A DNA stretch of 64,000 nt from a virus. Within the stretch, counting starts at the first letter, position 1. The number at the start of each line of letters is the position of its first letter. The notes below the pieces were generated by a model that saw only the letters and a program-made list of their open reading frames with translations, was not told the DNA's origin and did not search any database. Of the stretch, positions 31,080 through 41,326 are shown one piece after another. The stretch is from positions 14,376-78,375 of IMG/VR virus record IMGVR_UViG_3300037325_000137. One strand, given 5' to 3'. Made by a program: the position numbers and the translations under genes.

Positions 31080-31223
31080 GGTTTTAGTTTTTAGTATTTT
31101 TTTTTATATTTTCTCTTAGTCTTTTAAATTCATTGAATTCTATAAAATCATTGTTAAATAAAAGACTTACTGCTTCTAACAAGTCTAATTGAATAGGTGT
31201 GTAATTTACCATAATATTGTTTT

Positions 31224-31616
31224 TTAATAGTTGTCTCGGATTAGGTTGAGCATATATGATTTACTTATGTTAAAACTCTTTCCTTTAGACACCCATTTGA
31301 TGAATTTTGTTTCAGATCTGTTTCCTTGGTTAGAAACAATTTTTTGTGGATTTGTTTGAACTTTAAAGAAACTAAGGTCTTTATGCTCTTCTGACGCCTT
31401 ACCATCTATTTCTACAACTCCTATATCCATGAGTTCAGATAGCCTTGCTGTAACTGTTTGATGCTTCATTTTAAGAACATCACATATAGAATCTTTGTTA
31501 GGGGAAGTTAAATATTTATTGTTTACATCTATAAACTTATAGATTCTAATAGCATCTGTTTCTTTTTTACCGCTTTCAATTTGATTCTTAAAAGCTTTAT
31601 ATGATTTTTCACTCAT
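31224..31616 (-). CDS. Winged-HTH-like protein
   Basis: LKMKHQTVTARLSELMDIGVV. Confidence 0.55.
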   Translation of the reverse strand: MSEKSYKAFKNQIESGKKETDAIRIYKFIDVNNKYLTSPNKDSICDVLKMKHQTVTARLSELMDIGVVEIDGKASEEHKDLSFFKVQTNPQKIVSNQGNRSETKFIKWVSKGKSFNISKSYMLNLIRDNY

Positions 31617-31619
31617 GGC

Positions 31620-31853
31620 TTATGGTTCTTTAGTTGTTTTCTTATATTCATTAACAAATCGTTGAGACTCAAATATAATTTCGTCCATTTCTTCGCAAGT
31701 CAATGTTAAACTATGTTCTTGACTCATGAAGTTAAAAAAATTTTGATATTGACTTGAGTGCCTTTGCCTGTCCATTTCTTCATTATATTGAGCTTCTGCT
31801 TCTCCTTGTGCTTGATTGTAAGCGTTGTATTCATCTTCGCTGCTATGGTTCAT
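31620..31853 (-). CDS. Hypothetical protein
   Basis: 77-aa ORF. Confidence 0.45.
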   Translation of the reverse strand: MNHSSEDEYNAYNQAQGEAEAQYNEEMDRQRHSSQYQNFFNFMSQEHSLTLTCEEMDEIIFESQRFVNEYKKTTKEP

Positions 31854-32189
31854 TGCTTATGGTTATTTAGTGAGTTTTATTAGTTCGTTTTTTAAATCCA
31901 TTGCTGATCTTTTTAATGTTCCGCTTTCTTTGCATCCTTGAAAAGCATATTCGTCTTTGTTTGCTCTTTTTCTCATTTCACTTAATCTCTCTTGAAATCT
32001 ATTGATCTCATTCTGTACTGTAATTAGGTCTTCGTATCTCATAGTCTAGTTTTAATAATTTGTTTCATTTTTTGTTTACCTGAGCAATTAGCCCAATGAT
32101 TACTTATTCCGAATATTCCAGAAGGTAATATAGCTTCACAAGTTGTGCATCTATATTTATTATCTTCGATTCTTTCAAATTCCATATTT

Positions 32190-33062
32190 TTATTTTCTAA
32201 AGGAGTTTCCTTTAAATTGAATTATGTTGAACATAGAAAATAAACGATCATAAACTCTACCACCGTATCTATTTTCAAATTGTGCTAATCCAGAATCTAG
32301 ATTACCAACTTCACCATCTATAAAATTGCAGTTTATATGAGTGATTAATTTCTTGTCATATCTTCTTTCAATAATATCTTTAAACACATCGACCTTACCA
32401 TAATTACTTGCTACCTTTTCTGTAAGTACATCATCAAAACACCTTTTACCTCTTAGGTATTTAGTGTCAAATTCTTCTTTTTCATCATTTTTAGTAGATT
32501 CAAACTCATGGACTACATCATTTGCTGAAAACAATTTAAAAGTGTTTGTAGTACCTATCAAGCATTTATCCAATGCTCTCATAATAGAACTCTTGCCATT
32601 ACCGTACCCACCAATAATCAACATACCTTTTTCTAAACTTGGTTGTGATAATTCCGTTAGGTTATCGCATAGTTTAAATTTTTCAAAATTATCGGATAGA
32701 TAATAAAGCAAAGGTTCAATGTTTTTAACTGTGTCTTGATTGCTATAATTAAAATCGCAACCGTTCTGTTCTTTGTAAACCTTTAAAAAGTATTTCCATA
32801 TTTGACTTGAAGTAGGTATTATCTCCTTAAGTTCCTCTTTCGGTTCTCTTACTGATTTCAGATACTCTATGCGTTTAGATTCTGCTTCTGGACTCAATGC
32901 CCTTGTTTCATCAAACTCTTCTATAGATTTTAATGCACTACCAACCGTTTCGTTAGGAAATTCCTTAGAGAACATGTCAAGCTGGTTTTCGCTAAGGTTT
33001 AATAGATCATACTTTTTTAAAGCATTGTATTTATTAAAGCCTATTTTATTTATTTCCATCAT
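32190..33062 (-). CDS. DnaC/IstB-like P-loop ATPase (helicase loader)
   Basis: GGYGNGKS Walker A, CFDDV Walker B, RYGGRVYDRL; follows initiator gene. Confidence 0.8.
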   Translation of the reverse strand: MMEINKIGFNKYNALKKYDLLNLSENQLDMFSKEFPNETVGSALKSIEEFDETRALSPEAESKRIEYLKSVREPKEELKEIIPTSSQIWKYFLKVYKEQNGCDFNYSNQDTVKNIEPLLYYLSDNFEKFKLCDNLTELSQPSLEKGMLIIGGYGNGKSSIMRALDKCLIGTTNTFKLFSANDVVHEFESTKNDEKEEFDTKYLRGKRCFDDVLTEKVASNYGKVDVFKDIIERRYDKKLITHINCNFIDGEVGNLDSGLAQFENRYGGRVYDRLFSMFNIIQFKGNSFRK

Positions 33063-33892
33063 TGTGTTTGTCTTGGTGGTCGGTTTCCTAAAACTTTTTT
33101 AGTGGTACTATTTTTATCTGATCTAACTATTATTTCATCTTCCCAAGATTTGTTATTAAAAAATGTTTGTGGGTCTTTTCTAAATTGCTTGTCGGGTTGA
33201 CTTTTTATATAATCTAAAACGTAAGTCATTATATTTTCTTTATCACTTTGCTTTAATGTATTCCATTTCTTCTGTGCTTTTTCTTTACCTACTTTTTTGT
33301 CATAGGTTTCCCAAAAATTTTTAAAGGTTGGATAAACATTTTCCTCTACTTCATTATCAACTTCTACAGCATCAATTTTAGATTTTGATAAATCTTGCTC
33401 ATTAAAAATTATTTCTAATTTTTTATAAAGTTTGAATAAGAGTTTATTAGTTTGATTGTTTATTAGTTTACTAGTTTGATTGTTTATTAGTTTATATATG
33501 ATCGCAGAACCTGACTCGATACCTATACCACTACCTATACCACTACCTGTATCAGTACTTGTGTAGAACTCTGTCATCACATTGTCACTACCTGTATCAA
33601 ATATGCACAGGTTAACAACACTCCCTATTAGTGGGTTGTAACTAGGTATATACTTTATCATACCGTTTTTATCTAACTCCTTCAAACACTTTAGATAGGT
33701 GTTGTTTGATCCTATTTTAGATAACAGCATTACATCGTTTCTGTTGATTGAAAGCTCTAAAGGAAACCCAGCATTATTCCATAATAAAAAAAGTGCATTA
33801 TATAAACTTATATGTGTAGGGTTTAATTTTAATTTCCCCATTTCTATGTTTGCATTTTTATGCTGATTTATATAATTAACTTTCTGTTTCAT
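33059..33892 (-). CDS. Phage replication initiator
   Basis: N-terminal wHTH-like region, low-complexity linker with DNA repeats, C-terminal FWETYDKKVGKEKA...PQTFFNNKSWED domain. Confidence 0.75.
   Translation of the reverse strand: MKQKVNYINQHKNANIEMGKLKLNPTHISLYNALFLLWNNAGFPLELSINRNDVMLLSKIGSNNTYLKCLKELDKNGMIKYIPSYNPLIGSVVNLCIFDTGSDNVMTEFYTSTDTGSGIGSGIGIESGSAIIYKLINNQTSKLINNQTNKLLFKLYKKLEIIFNEQDLSKSKIDAVEVDNEVEENVYPTFKNFWETYDKKVGKEKAQKKWNTLKQSDKENIMTYVLDYIKSQPDKQFRKDPQTFFNNKSWEDEIIVRSDKNSTTKKVLGNRPPRQTQ
33448..33599. repeat. Iteron-like repeats inside initiator gene
   Basis: 24-bp tandem tagtttgattgtttattagttta(c/t) x2; 12-bp period cctataccacta; cactacctgtatca x2. Confidence 0.6.
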
Positions 33893-34026
33893 TTTTTATC
33901 AATTTTCTCTTGTACGGCTAATCTGATATATGCAGAAATAGATAGTTCTAATTTTTCAGAAGCAATATCTAAATCATCTTTTAAAGATTCAGACATCTTG
34001 AAAATTACTCTCTTAGTTTTTTTCAT
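33889..34026 (-). CDS. Ribbon-helix-helix regulator, 45 aa (not in ORF track)
   Basis: MKKTKRVIFKMSESLKDDLDIASEKLELSISAYIRLAVQEKIDKK; TATATTTG promoter motif at 34031-34038. Confidence 0.6.
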   Translation of the reverse strand: MKKTKRVIFKMSESLKDDLDIASEKLELSISAYIRLAVQEKIDKK

Positions 34027-34179
34027 TATTCAAATATATATAAACGTATGCAATAAAGGCATACGAAAGTTAATTATTATTAATTTATTTTTTAGGCTGG
34101 ATCAATTTACTATGAGTCATTTGATCAAGTATGTTTTACCAATCGCAGTAGGCTGTGAACGATTTTTTATTCAAAGCCA

Positions 34180-34431
34180 TTATTGTGAGTTTAGAATTTT
34201 AATGATAGCATCTATAACGTATTCTTCACGTAAGAATGATTCTTGATAATCATTTACTTCCCACCTATCTTCAATTACCTTTACTTTATATTGTGCATTT
34301 TGTGAAATAAAGCATCCTATTTTACTTCTTTGGTCTGGTGTTGCGTTAATCCCTTCTGTTTCTAGATACTCTTTTAGTGTCATAATTTTACATAAAAAAA
34401 CCCTTAAATAATCAGCTTTCGGGAGCATCAT
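34180..34431 (-). CDS. Hypothetical protein (true start probably MTLKEY, ~34383)
   Basis: ORF; upstream extension overlaps a terminator-like stem. Confidence 0.45.
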   Translation of the reverse strand: MMLPKADYLRVFLCKIMTLKEYLETEGINATPDQRSKIGCFISQNAQYKVKVIEDRWEVNDYQESFLREEYVIDAIIKILNSQ

Positions 34432-34517
34432 ATTTAAAGGAATTTTTTAATGTGTTTCAATGCTATTAATCGTTTCCCGAATCGAACCTTAATAACTTAT
34501 AAGCAAATGTAACGTAA

Positions 34518-34889
34518 TTATTTATTATTAGAGTTGTTTTTATTGTGAATTTTATCGCTAATACCTTTAATGCTTTTAGGATCTATATCGTAAGCCATAA
34601 TAATTTCTTGAATAACGGTAAAGTCATTAAACAATTTTTTATGAATACAAGCTTCAATAAAAGATATAGAGTTATGAGATAGTTTATTGCTAACATCATT
34701 ATCATCTATGTTTTCTATCTTATCGTAGTATTCTTTTTCTACTTTTTTAAGAGCTTCTATTGCACTCTTGACCTTGTACTTCAAGTCCTTTTTAAATATG
34801 CTTGTGTGGCTTACTTCTTCTAGGTAGTGTAAAGCTACAAAGGATGATATTATTGCACCAGAAGCTTGCTCTAAATCTTTTTTATTCAT
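34518..34889 (-). CDS. Hypothetical protein
   Basis: 123-aa ORF. Confidence 0.55.
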   Translation of the reverse strand: MNKKDLEQASGAIISSFVALHYLEEVSHTSIFKKDLKYKVKSAIEALKKVEKEYYDKIENIDDNDVSNKLSHNSISFIEACIHKKLFNDFTVIQEIIMAYDIDPKSIKGISDKIHNKNNSNNK

Positions 34890-34921
34890 TTTTTTTATTT
34901 GTTCCGTTGTAAAATGTTATT

Positions 34922-35314
34922 TTAAATATTAGTTTCATTCTCTATTTTATTAAATTTATCAATTCCCTTTTGGAGTTTTTTTATACTTTCTTTATGTGTA
35001 GAAATATCAGATTCATACTTTGTTCTTATTACTTTAAAGAAGTCCTCTAAAGCTTTTTGTTTTTGACTAACATCTATAATTAAACAGTAATTAAAAGCGC
35101 AGTAGTAGTTATCATTTTTACAGTAATAAGTCCACGTTTCTTTTTTTATACTGTGAGTTCCTTTAAAAAATCTGCATTCATCAAAGTATTCTATATTAAC
35201 ACTAATATCAGGTTCTTTAGTAGTATCAAATCTTTCGTATTTTAAGAAACTTACCGTTTGTTTAGTTGTAATAAGTATTACTTCTTTTTTTATTGTTTCA
35301 GCTTTTTTAGACAT
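34922..35314 (-). CDS. Hypothetical protein
   Basis: 130-aa ORF. Confidence 0.5.
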   Translation of the reverse strand: MSKKAETIKKEVILITTKQTVSFLKYERFDTTKEPDISVNIEYFDECRFFKGTHSIKKETWTYYCKNDNYYCAFNYCLIIDVSQKQKALEDFFKVIRTKYESDISTHKESIKKLQKGIDKFNKIENETNI

Positions 35315-35332
35315 AATTTTTGTTTTTATTTA

Positions 35333-35566
35333 TTAATATGTTTTTATTTCTGTTCCTATTCTTTCAAAAGACTCTCTAATATTAGCTCTGTGTTGTCTTA
35401 TCCACTTTCTTAGATAAAACTCTTCATTTTCCGTTAATTGAGAAACCCCTACAATGCCTTTATTGGTTTTCTGTAAGGTTATCTCTTTATTGTCGGATCT
35501 GATTATGTAGAACGTTCTATTATCGCTTAAAGAATTGGTTATGTGAAATTCTAGTTGTTTAGCCAT
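35333..35566 (-). CDS. Hypothetical protein
   Basis: 77-aa ORF. Confidence 0.45.
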   Translation of the reverse strand: MAKQLEFHITNSLSDNRTFYIIRSDNKEITLQKTNKGIVGVSQLTENEEFYLRKWIRQHRANIRESFERIGTEIKTY

Positions 35567-35870
35567 TATTTAAGTTTTTGTAAAAAGAACAATTTATTCC
35601 CCCATTAATTATAGAGTAATCAAAAATAGATTTTAAATGAAAAAATACAATTATTCTTTTTTCAATTTCTTCATATGTTGATTTTGGTTTTAAAAAACCA
35701 CATGAAACTAGACCATCTATATCAAAGGACAAATCAATATACCGTTTTTTGTCTTTTGATTTTAAAGCATTGATCAAGTCGTACATGTCTTGACACCTTT
35801 CATAATGTTCTAATTGCTCTAATTTATTTAGATGTTGTTCGCATTGAAGTATGTATTGATTTATTGTCAT
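35559..35870 (-). CDS. Hypothetical protein
   Basis: 103-aa ORF. Confidence 0.45.
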   Translation of the reverse strand: MTINQYILQCEQHLNKLEQLEHYERCQDMYDLINALKSKDKKRYIDLSFDIDGLVSCGFLKPKSTYEEIEKRIIVFFHLKSIFDYSIINGGINCSFYKNLNNG

Positions 35871-36316
35871 TATTCAAAACCTATTTTAACTTGTTTTTTT
35901 GGTAAAGGAACTTCTACGTTGAAGTATTCCAAGATGAACTCTCTGCATCTTGTGTGGTAAGTTTCTTGTTGCTTAGTGTTGTTTGCACTAGACCTTCTTA
36001 CTTTTCTAAGAATCTCGCCTGTAGCTTCATTTACTAACTCTTCGTAATTAAAGTTAGATAAAAGAAATTCATGAGTTTCTGATTTACTCCATATCTCTCC
36101 CCATTCATTTTTTATGCAATTCTGCATGATTGGAATTATAACTGGAAAGTAATACCCTAACTGCTTATTGCTTTTTTCATTCCTTTTTTTATGAAATGTT
36201 ATGTGTATTAAACAATCATCCCATGCGCTACAAAAGCCTTTGATAACATCTAAGTTAGTAGTAAACTTACCGTTTTTAAGCCATGTAGTTAACTCAATTT
36301 TATTTGGTGCTTTCAT
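35870..36316 (-). CDS. NinB/DUF1367-like recombination accessory protein
   Basis: KSNKQLGYYF...ETHEFL...RSS resembles NinB-type signature. Confidence 0.5.
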   Translation of the reverse strand: MKAPNKIELTTWLKNGKFTTNLDVIKGFCSAWDDCLIHITFHKKRNEKSNKQLGYYFPVIIPIMQNCIKNEWGEIWSKSETHEFLLSNFNYEELVNEATGEILRKVRRSSANNTKQQETYHTRCREFILEYFNVEVPLPKKQVKIGFE

Positions 36317-36575
36317 CTATAAATTTTTGATTAATTTCAAATAGATCACATATACCTTTGCATAGTTTTGATCTTCTCCAAGCGCACACAAATAAATACT
36401 CTTTTACAATTTTATCTTTAGAGTTTTCTTTTTTTATATCTCTTGTCATCGGATCATGCCCTTTACTACTAGGGCATTTATTACAACATGATTTGTGTAT
36501 TTGTGTATTTCTATTAGGGAACAAAACATCTAGCTCTTGCTCTTTTTGTAAAAAGCTTTCTATTTCAGTATTCAC
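36300..36575 (-). CDS. Cys-rich hypothetical protein
   Basis: CC.KCP ... FVC ... CKG. Confidence 0.4.
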   Translation of the reverse strand: MNTEIESFLQKEQELDVLFPNRNTQIHKSCCNKCPSSKGHDPMTRDIKKENSKDKIVKEYLFVCAWRRSKLCKGICDLFEINQKFIDESTK

Positions 36576-36931
36576 GACTCCAAAGTATTTACATCTATTG
36601 CTAGTCCTTTTTCTATTAATCCGAAGACGTCGAAGTGGTTTTTAAATAAAAGTTCAATTTTATAATATGCGTTTAGCTGAATTAATGATAATGATTTATA
36701 TTCATAATCAATAGGCTCACCATGTTCATCTTTTACATTGGAATTTATCAAATCAGATAAAGGTCTTAGTATTGGTTTAAATATAGTTGCTGACTTTAAA
36801 AAATAATCTGAAAATAATTGATTACTTAATTTTTTTATAGTATTTACTTTATAATTCCTGTTTGTATTTATGATCTTAATATTTACATCGTATGGTAAAT
36901 AAGGCGCTAAGTGTTTTAATTCTAGTTTCAT
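36572..36931 (-). CDS. Hypothetical protein, paralog of 36928-37338
   Basis: YLPY...KPILRPLSDL...HFDVFGLIEKGLAID. Confidence 0.6.
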   Translation of the reverse strand: MKLELKHLAPYLPYDVNIKIINTNRNYKVNTIKKLSNQLFSDYFLKSATIFKPILRPLSDLINSNVKDEHGEPIDYEYKSLSLIQLNAYYKIELLFKNHFDVFGLIEKGLAIDVNTLES

Positions 36932-37338
36932 AATGTTTGTTTTATATCTGTTGCTAAACCTTTTTCAATTAAGCCGAATAAGTCTGCGTGTTTAGATAAT
37001 AATTTTATGTAATCGTGATGCAGTAGGTATCTTATATCAAAGTTTTCAGCATACCAAAATTCACTATGATAACCAGCACTAATCATATCTGAAAAGCTAA
37101 CCCCATCTACATCTTCGTAAAAATCAGATAGAGGGTTTAATATTAGTTTAATTTCAGTAGTAGATTTACCTGTGCTACCACCTTCATATGTAAAATGTAC
37201 CTTACCATTTAAAAAATAAAAACCATTAAGTGTAGAGTATTCAATACCTACATAATCAGACTTGTGGTTTAATATTTTTACCTTTATTTTAAAAGGAAGG
37301 TATGTTATTATTTGTTTTTCTAGTTCTGTCATGATCAA
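36928..37338 (-). CDS. Hypothetical protein, paralog of 36572-36931
   Basis: YLPF...KLILNPLSDF...HADLFGLIEKGLATD. Confidence 0.6.
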   Translation of the reverse strand: MIMTELEKQIITYLPFKIKVKILNHKSDYVGIEYSTLNGFYFLNGKVHFTYEGGSTGKSTTEIKLILNPLSDFYEDVDGVSFSDMISAGYHSEFWYAENFDIRYLLHHDYIKLLSKHADLFGLIEKGLATDIKQTL

Positions 37339-37446
37339 TTGTTTTTTTCATATCCATCACATACTTGACAATAGATAGGTGTTTTGTGATAAGGGCAATA
37401 ATCCACTATTCCGTTATCGCAATGTGGATTATCACACTCTTGTTTT

Positions 37447-38754
37447 TTATTCATTTATGATTTCGTAAGTAATATCACCACCTTCCCAATCTGGCTTTTC
37501 TACAAGTAGTTGATAGCCATTTTCAGTAGACCAAGACAAAACTTCATTTAAAGAGTTTTTATCTAAGAAGCTACAATCAAAATGCAAAGCTTTTATATCC
37601 CCAATAACTAAAGCTCCTAACTTTAATGCTGCTATGTATTTAGAGCTTGTAGATATTTGGCTAGTAGATAATGGAAAGCCATTATATAGCAAGTTGTTAT
37701 CTTCTGAAATAGTAAACTCCTTTGGCATATTAGCATTGGCAACTAGATTAGCTTTTTGCTCTAGTATTGATTTAAGATTATCCTCATGTAATTGAGTATT
37801 AGCTTTAGCTTGTAAACCTTCTTTTCTCCAATCATTAAATGTTTTAACGTCACTAGAGTAGACGTTATATTTTTCTAGTTTTTTATAAACATCTTCTATT
37901 TCTTGATCTATTTCTTGAAGACTATTGTAAGCTGGTTGATCTAAACTGGTTAATTGCTTAGTAGGTTTAGGCTCTGGCACTTCTTTAAGTAAGTCCTCCA
38001 TCCCTTTAAAATCTATAAAAGAACCTACAACACTTCCTTCATATTCTTTTAGATTCGAAATAGATTTGCTTATAAACTGAATTGATTTTCTAAGTTTTTC
38101 TTGAACATCGTTAAACTCTAATGTTTCTTTTTGATGCTCTTCATTTTCTTTAGTCCATTTGTCTTGTAAATCCTTATTAGACTTGATTAAAGCTTCTTTC
38201 TTTTCTTTAACACCATCTAAGTCGGGTTTGGATCTTTCGATTGGCTTGGTGTAATCGAAAGCTCTTAATCTTTTCAACTCTCTATTGGCATCTGCTCTTA
38301 AGTCGTATTGCTCTTTATAATCAGCATCTAGTCTAGATGTGTCTACACCTAGAATCTCTAAAACTTTTTCGGTCTGTTTAGTGGACGAGCTGGCTATGAA
38401 GTCATCTATGCTAAATTTTTTACCAAAGTATCTTTCTCCGATAGCCTTTAGTACACCTGTGGTCATTTTGATACCTTCTTTTGTTGTAAAGGTAAAAGAC
38501 TCTGTTTTTTCCGTAAAGCTCCACTTAATAACAGATCCGTCAGTAAGTTCCATTTCATTAAAGCCTTTGCTTTCTCCTTCTTTTACAATAACAGGAGGTT
38601 TAACAGATTGAAATCTATCTATTAAGCCTTTTAAAATACTTGACTTACCTTGATTATTTGCAGCAACCATCATTATTGATTGACCATCTAGGATAACTTC
38701 TTTTTGAGAAATCGCTTTAAAATTTTCGACTCTAATTGTTTTGATCTTTGACAT
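37447..38754 (-). CDS. SMC/RecF/SbcC-like ABC ATPase
   Basis: IRVENFKAI, AANNQGKSS Walker A, long coiled coil, ISTS signature, LHFD Walker B. Confidence 0.75.
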   Translation of the reverse strand: MSKIKTIRVENFKAISQKEVILDGQSIMMVAANNQGKSSILKGLIDRFQSVKPPVIVKEGESKGFNEMELTDGSVIKWSFTEKTESFTFTTKEGIKMTTGVLKAIGERYFGKKFSIDDFIASSSTKQTEKVLEILGVDTSRLDADYKEQYDLRADANRELKRLRAFDYTKPIERSKPDLDGVKEKKEALIKSNKDLQDKWTKENEEHQKETLEFNDVQEKLRKSIQFISKSISNLKEYEGSVVGSFIDFKGMEDLLKEVPEPKPTKQLTSLDQPAYNSLQEIDQEIEDVYKKLEKYNVYSSDVKTFNDWRKEGLQAKANTQLHEDNLKSILEQKANLVANANMPKEFTISEDNNLLYNGFPLSTSQISTSSKYIAALKLGALVIGDIKALHFDCSFLDKNSLNEVLSWSTENGYQLLVEKPDWEGGDITYEIINE

Positions 38755-38755
38755 T

Positions 38756-39511
38756 TTATTTGTTTTTATAATTTCCGTTTAACATATCAAAACCTTTTAA
38801 GTCTTGAACCTCGTAGTGTTTCCATTCTTCTTCTAAAACAATACTTATTTTTCTAGTTACAGTCCATCCAGATTTTTCTAGCATCTGTTCTTGAATGCGT
38901 AGTTGTAGAGCCAACTTAGATAGTTTACTAGTGGCAAGGGTTATTTCTTGTGGCAAGTTTTTGAAATTTGTAGTACCATGATCATCAAAATTTACATTTA
39001 CCTTATAATCAACCAAAATACATTCTTTTCTATCTTGATCTGTGACAATTAAATTATCAACTAAGGCACAAACATCATTTTCTACATCAGAAACTAAAGA
39101 TTCTGGAAAGGATTGACCTCTTAAGCCTAGATTTTTTGCGTAAATAAAAAAGTCTTTTACTATGGCTTTAATAATTGGGTGCTTTATATTAAAACACCTT
39201 TCTCCATTCTTTTTTAAGTTACGTCTATAAAGTAGTTCGTATTCAATTGCTTCATGAATAGCAGTTCCAAAACCTCTAGCAATGTTTCCGCTTAATTCCC
39301 AAGCTTTTTCAATAGTTTCTTTTGGTATTTGCCAATTTACCTCACACCTATCTGCAACCTCTTCTGAATCAAATTCTTCTATATATCGTTTTGAGAACGT
39401 AGTAGCACCGCTTAGTATTCTATCTTTATAAACGTATCTATGATCTATTGGATCAAAGTTTATAATCAAGTCCTCGTTAAAGGACTTGATGTTGTTTTTC
39501 TCTAGTAGCAT
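38756..39511 (-). CDS. PD-(D/E)XK exonuclease-like protein
   Basis: GTAIHEAIE, PE, VD, LVDYK motifs. Confidence 0.7.
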   Translation of the reverse strand: MLLEKNNIKSFNEDLIINFDPIDHRYVYKDRILSGATTFSKRYIEEFDSEEVADRCEVNWQIPKETIEKAWELSGNIARGFGTAIHEAIEYELLYRRNLKKNGERCFNIKHPIIKAIVKDFFIYAKNLGLRGQSFPESLVSDVENDVCALVDNLIVTDQDRKECILVDYKVNVNFDDHGTTNFKNLPQEITLATSKLSKLALQLRIQEQMLEKSGWTVTRKISIVLEEEWKHYEVQDLKGFDMLNGNYKNK

Positions 39512-39514
39512 ATC

Positions 39515-39943
39515 TTAATCTTTAGAAGCACTTACTTTAAGATAACCTTTACCAAATTTTATTATTGGCATAGGTAATATTTCACCGTCTGTTGTTACAT
39601 TACTATTTGTGTTTCCAGAAATAAAACTGTCGTGCATTCGTTTATATTTTGTTTCCATGTCTTTCACGTAATCTTTAGCACTCATAACTTCTGGAACACC
39701 GCTATAATCGTAAGTTTTTCTACCAGAAACCAAAGTAACCTTGAAACCTCTGTAGCCGTTAGGGTGTTCGTTTGCTTGATTAGCTATATCTTCTGCGTTT
39801 TCTGTCTCAAACTGTTTAACAGCTCCTAGAATAAGGTCTGCTGTAGTTTTAAGTTCACGTAAATCGATAAGGGCATCAAGTTCAGATAACATACCGTCAT
39901 CTACTTTTTGTACTGTGTCTTGTAATTGTTGTAATAAATTCAT
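39515..39943 (-). CDS. Hypothetical phage protein
   Basis: 142-aa ORF in recombination block. Confidence 0.55.
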   Translation of the reverse strand: MNLLQQLQDTVQKVDDGMLSELDALIDLRELKTTADLILGAVKQFETENAEDIANQANEHPNGYRGFKVTLVSGRKTYDYSGVPEVMSAKDYVKDMETKYKRMHDSFISGNTNSNVTTDGEILPMPIIKFGKGYLKVSASKD

Positions 39944-40222
39944 AGTTTTTAGTTTTAAATTTTAGTCTCTGCAATTTTCTTTTAAATCTGCCTTGGCACA
40001 TGAAGTAGAGCAAAAATCTTCTGCCGTTGGTGTACCACAATAGCTACAAGTATTATCGTGTTCAACTTCATCAAAATATTCTTGATCGTCTAAGTCTCTT
40101 GTTTCTGGCATAATTAATCTTTTCTAAATGTTGGTCTTTCTTGCTCTTGAACCCAATCCAAATAAACTTCGTTATCATTTATTTGTGAGCTTTCAAACTC
40201 TCTTTGGTCATGGTGTAACTCT

Positions 40223-40435
40223 TTACTTCCTTTCATGATCGTATAGTGATTTAAGCCTTAAATAAAAAGGCGTGAATGTTTTTTTACCGCTATTAGCTAA
40301 AAGTATTTCTAAATGAGAATCAACAAACTTTTTCTTGTTAACTACAACTGTTGCTTCGTTTAGATTAAATGGTTCTGAATCTAATTCATGAGTCTTAAAA
40401 AACTCTACCATTTCTTTGAAGTCAGTATTACTCAA
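40223..40435 (-). CDS. Hypothetical protein
   Basis: 70-aa ORF. Confidence 0.5.
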   Translation of the reverse strand: MSNTDFKEMVEFFKTHELDSEPFNLNEATVVVNKKKFVDSHLEILLANSGKKTFTPFYLRLKSLYDHERK

Positions 40436-41081
40436 CTCCTTTTTTTAAATTATCAATTCTAATAGTTATTTGATTTCTTTGATCTTCTGTTAGATCATAA
40501 TAAGATATAGAAGACTCTAATGCTTTAATATCTTTAGATACTATAACATTGTTTTGAAACGTAGTATCTGGAAGCTTTGGCTTATTAGCTACTAGTGTTG
40601 GTGCTTGTTTTGGTAGCTGGTGGTCGTTTGAGTGTGTAGCCTCTGTGTCGTCTATTTTCCCTACAGGCGTTAAGAAAGCATATAGCAAACAGTTCTTTAA
40701 AGCGTAAGTGGTTGCTTTTCCAGCTCCTTTATCTTGTGGGTCTACTCCATGTCCATATCCTGCTAAAACTTGACTCTCGCCAGAAGTGTGAAGTAATAAA
40801 TACTTAGTTGTCACCTTAGTAAATACTGATTGCTTTTGCTTAATACTAGTTACACCGTTCCAAACTTCTTCTTGATCCCATCTATCAATTTGAGTAGACT
40901 CTTCAATCCCGATTGGTAGAATACAAAGACCGTTTCTAACTAAAGCATCGTTAAAAATCTCTTTTACATCCGAGTCCTTAGTGCCATTATATGCTGAATT
41001 ACCCTTTCCTACTTTACTGTTTTTCTCCATGCCCTTAACTTCTGACATTACCGCTACAATAGCTTCTGCTAAATTTTTCAT
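40428..41081 (-). CDS. erf: ERF-family single-strand annealing protein
   Basis: LLHTSGES...DPQDKGAGKATTYALKNCL...DD motif. Confidence 0.75.
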   Translation of the reverse strand: MKNLAEAIVAVMSEVKGMEKNSKVGKGNSAYNGTKDSDVKEIFNDALVRNGLCILPIGIEESTQIDRWDQEEVWNGVTSIKQKQSVFTKVTTKYLLLHTSGESQVLAGYGHGVDPQDKGAGKATTYALKNCLLYAFLTPVGKIDDTEATHSNDHQLPKQAPTLVANKPKLPDTTFQNNVIVSKDIKALESSISYYDLTEDQRNQITIRIDNLKKGVE

Positions 41082-41083
41082 AT

Positions 41084-41326
41084 TTACTTTAGTTTTTTAT
41101 AAGTTACAAATGATTCTAATTGTTGAGTAAACTTTTTACTCTCTATGACACCTTCCCAAAGATCATTAATTTGATCTGTTGTATATTCATTTCTGAATTT
41201 ATCTATAAAACCTATTTTGTCGCTATCATTTTTAGCTCCTATATTTTTTAATTCTAGCCTACAAGCTTTGACTCTATTTATTAGATCACTCATTTTATAT
41301 GTTGTTAATATTAAATCCATTATCAA
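41084..41326 (-). CDS. Hypothetical protein
   Basis: 80-aa ORF. Confidence 0.45.
   Translation of the reverse strand: MIMDLILTTYKMSDLINRVKACRLELKNIGAKNDSDKIGFIDKFRNEYTTDQINDLWEGVIESKKFTQQLESFVTYKKLK

Noticed and set aside
34400-34510. tRNA suggested by GGTTCGATTC on the - strand
   Set aside because: No cloverleaf or acceptor stem; may instead be another promoter-terminator unit, but support is weak
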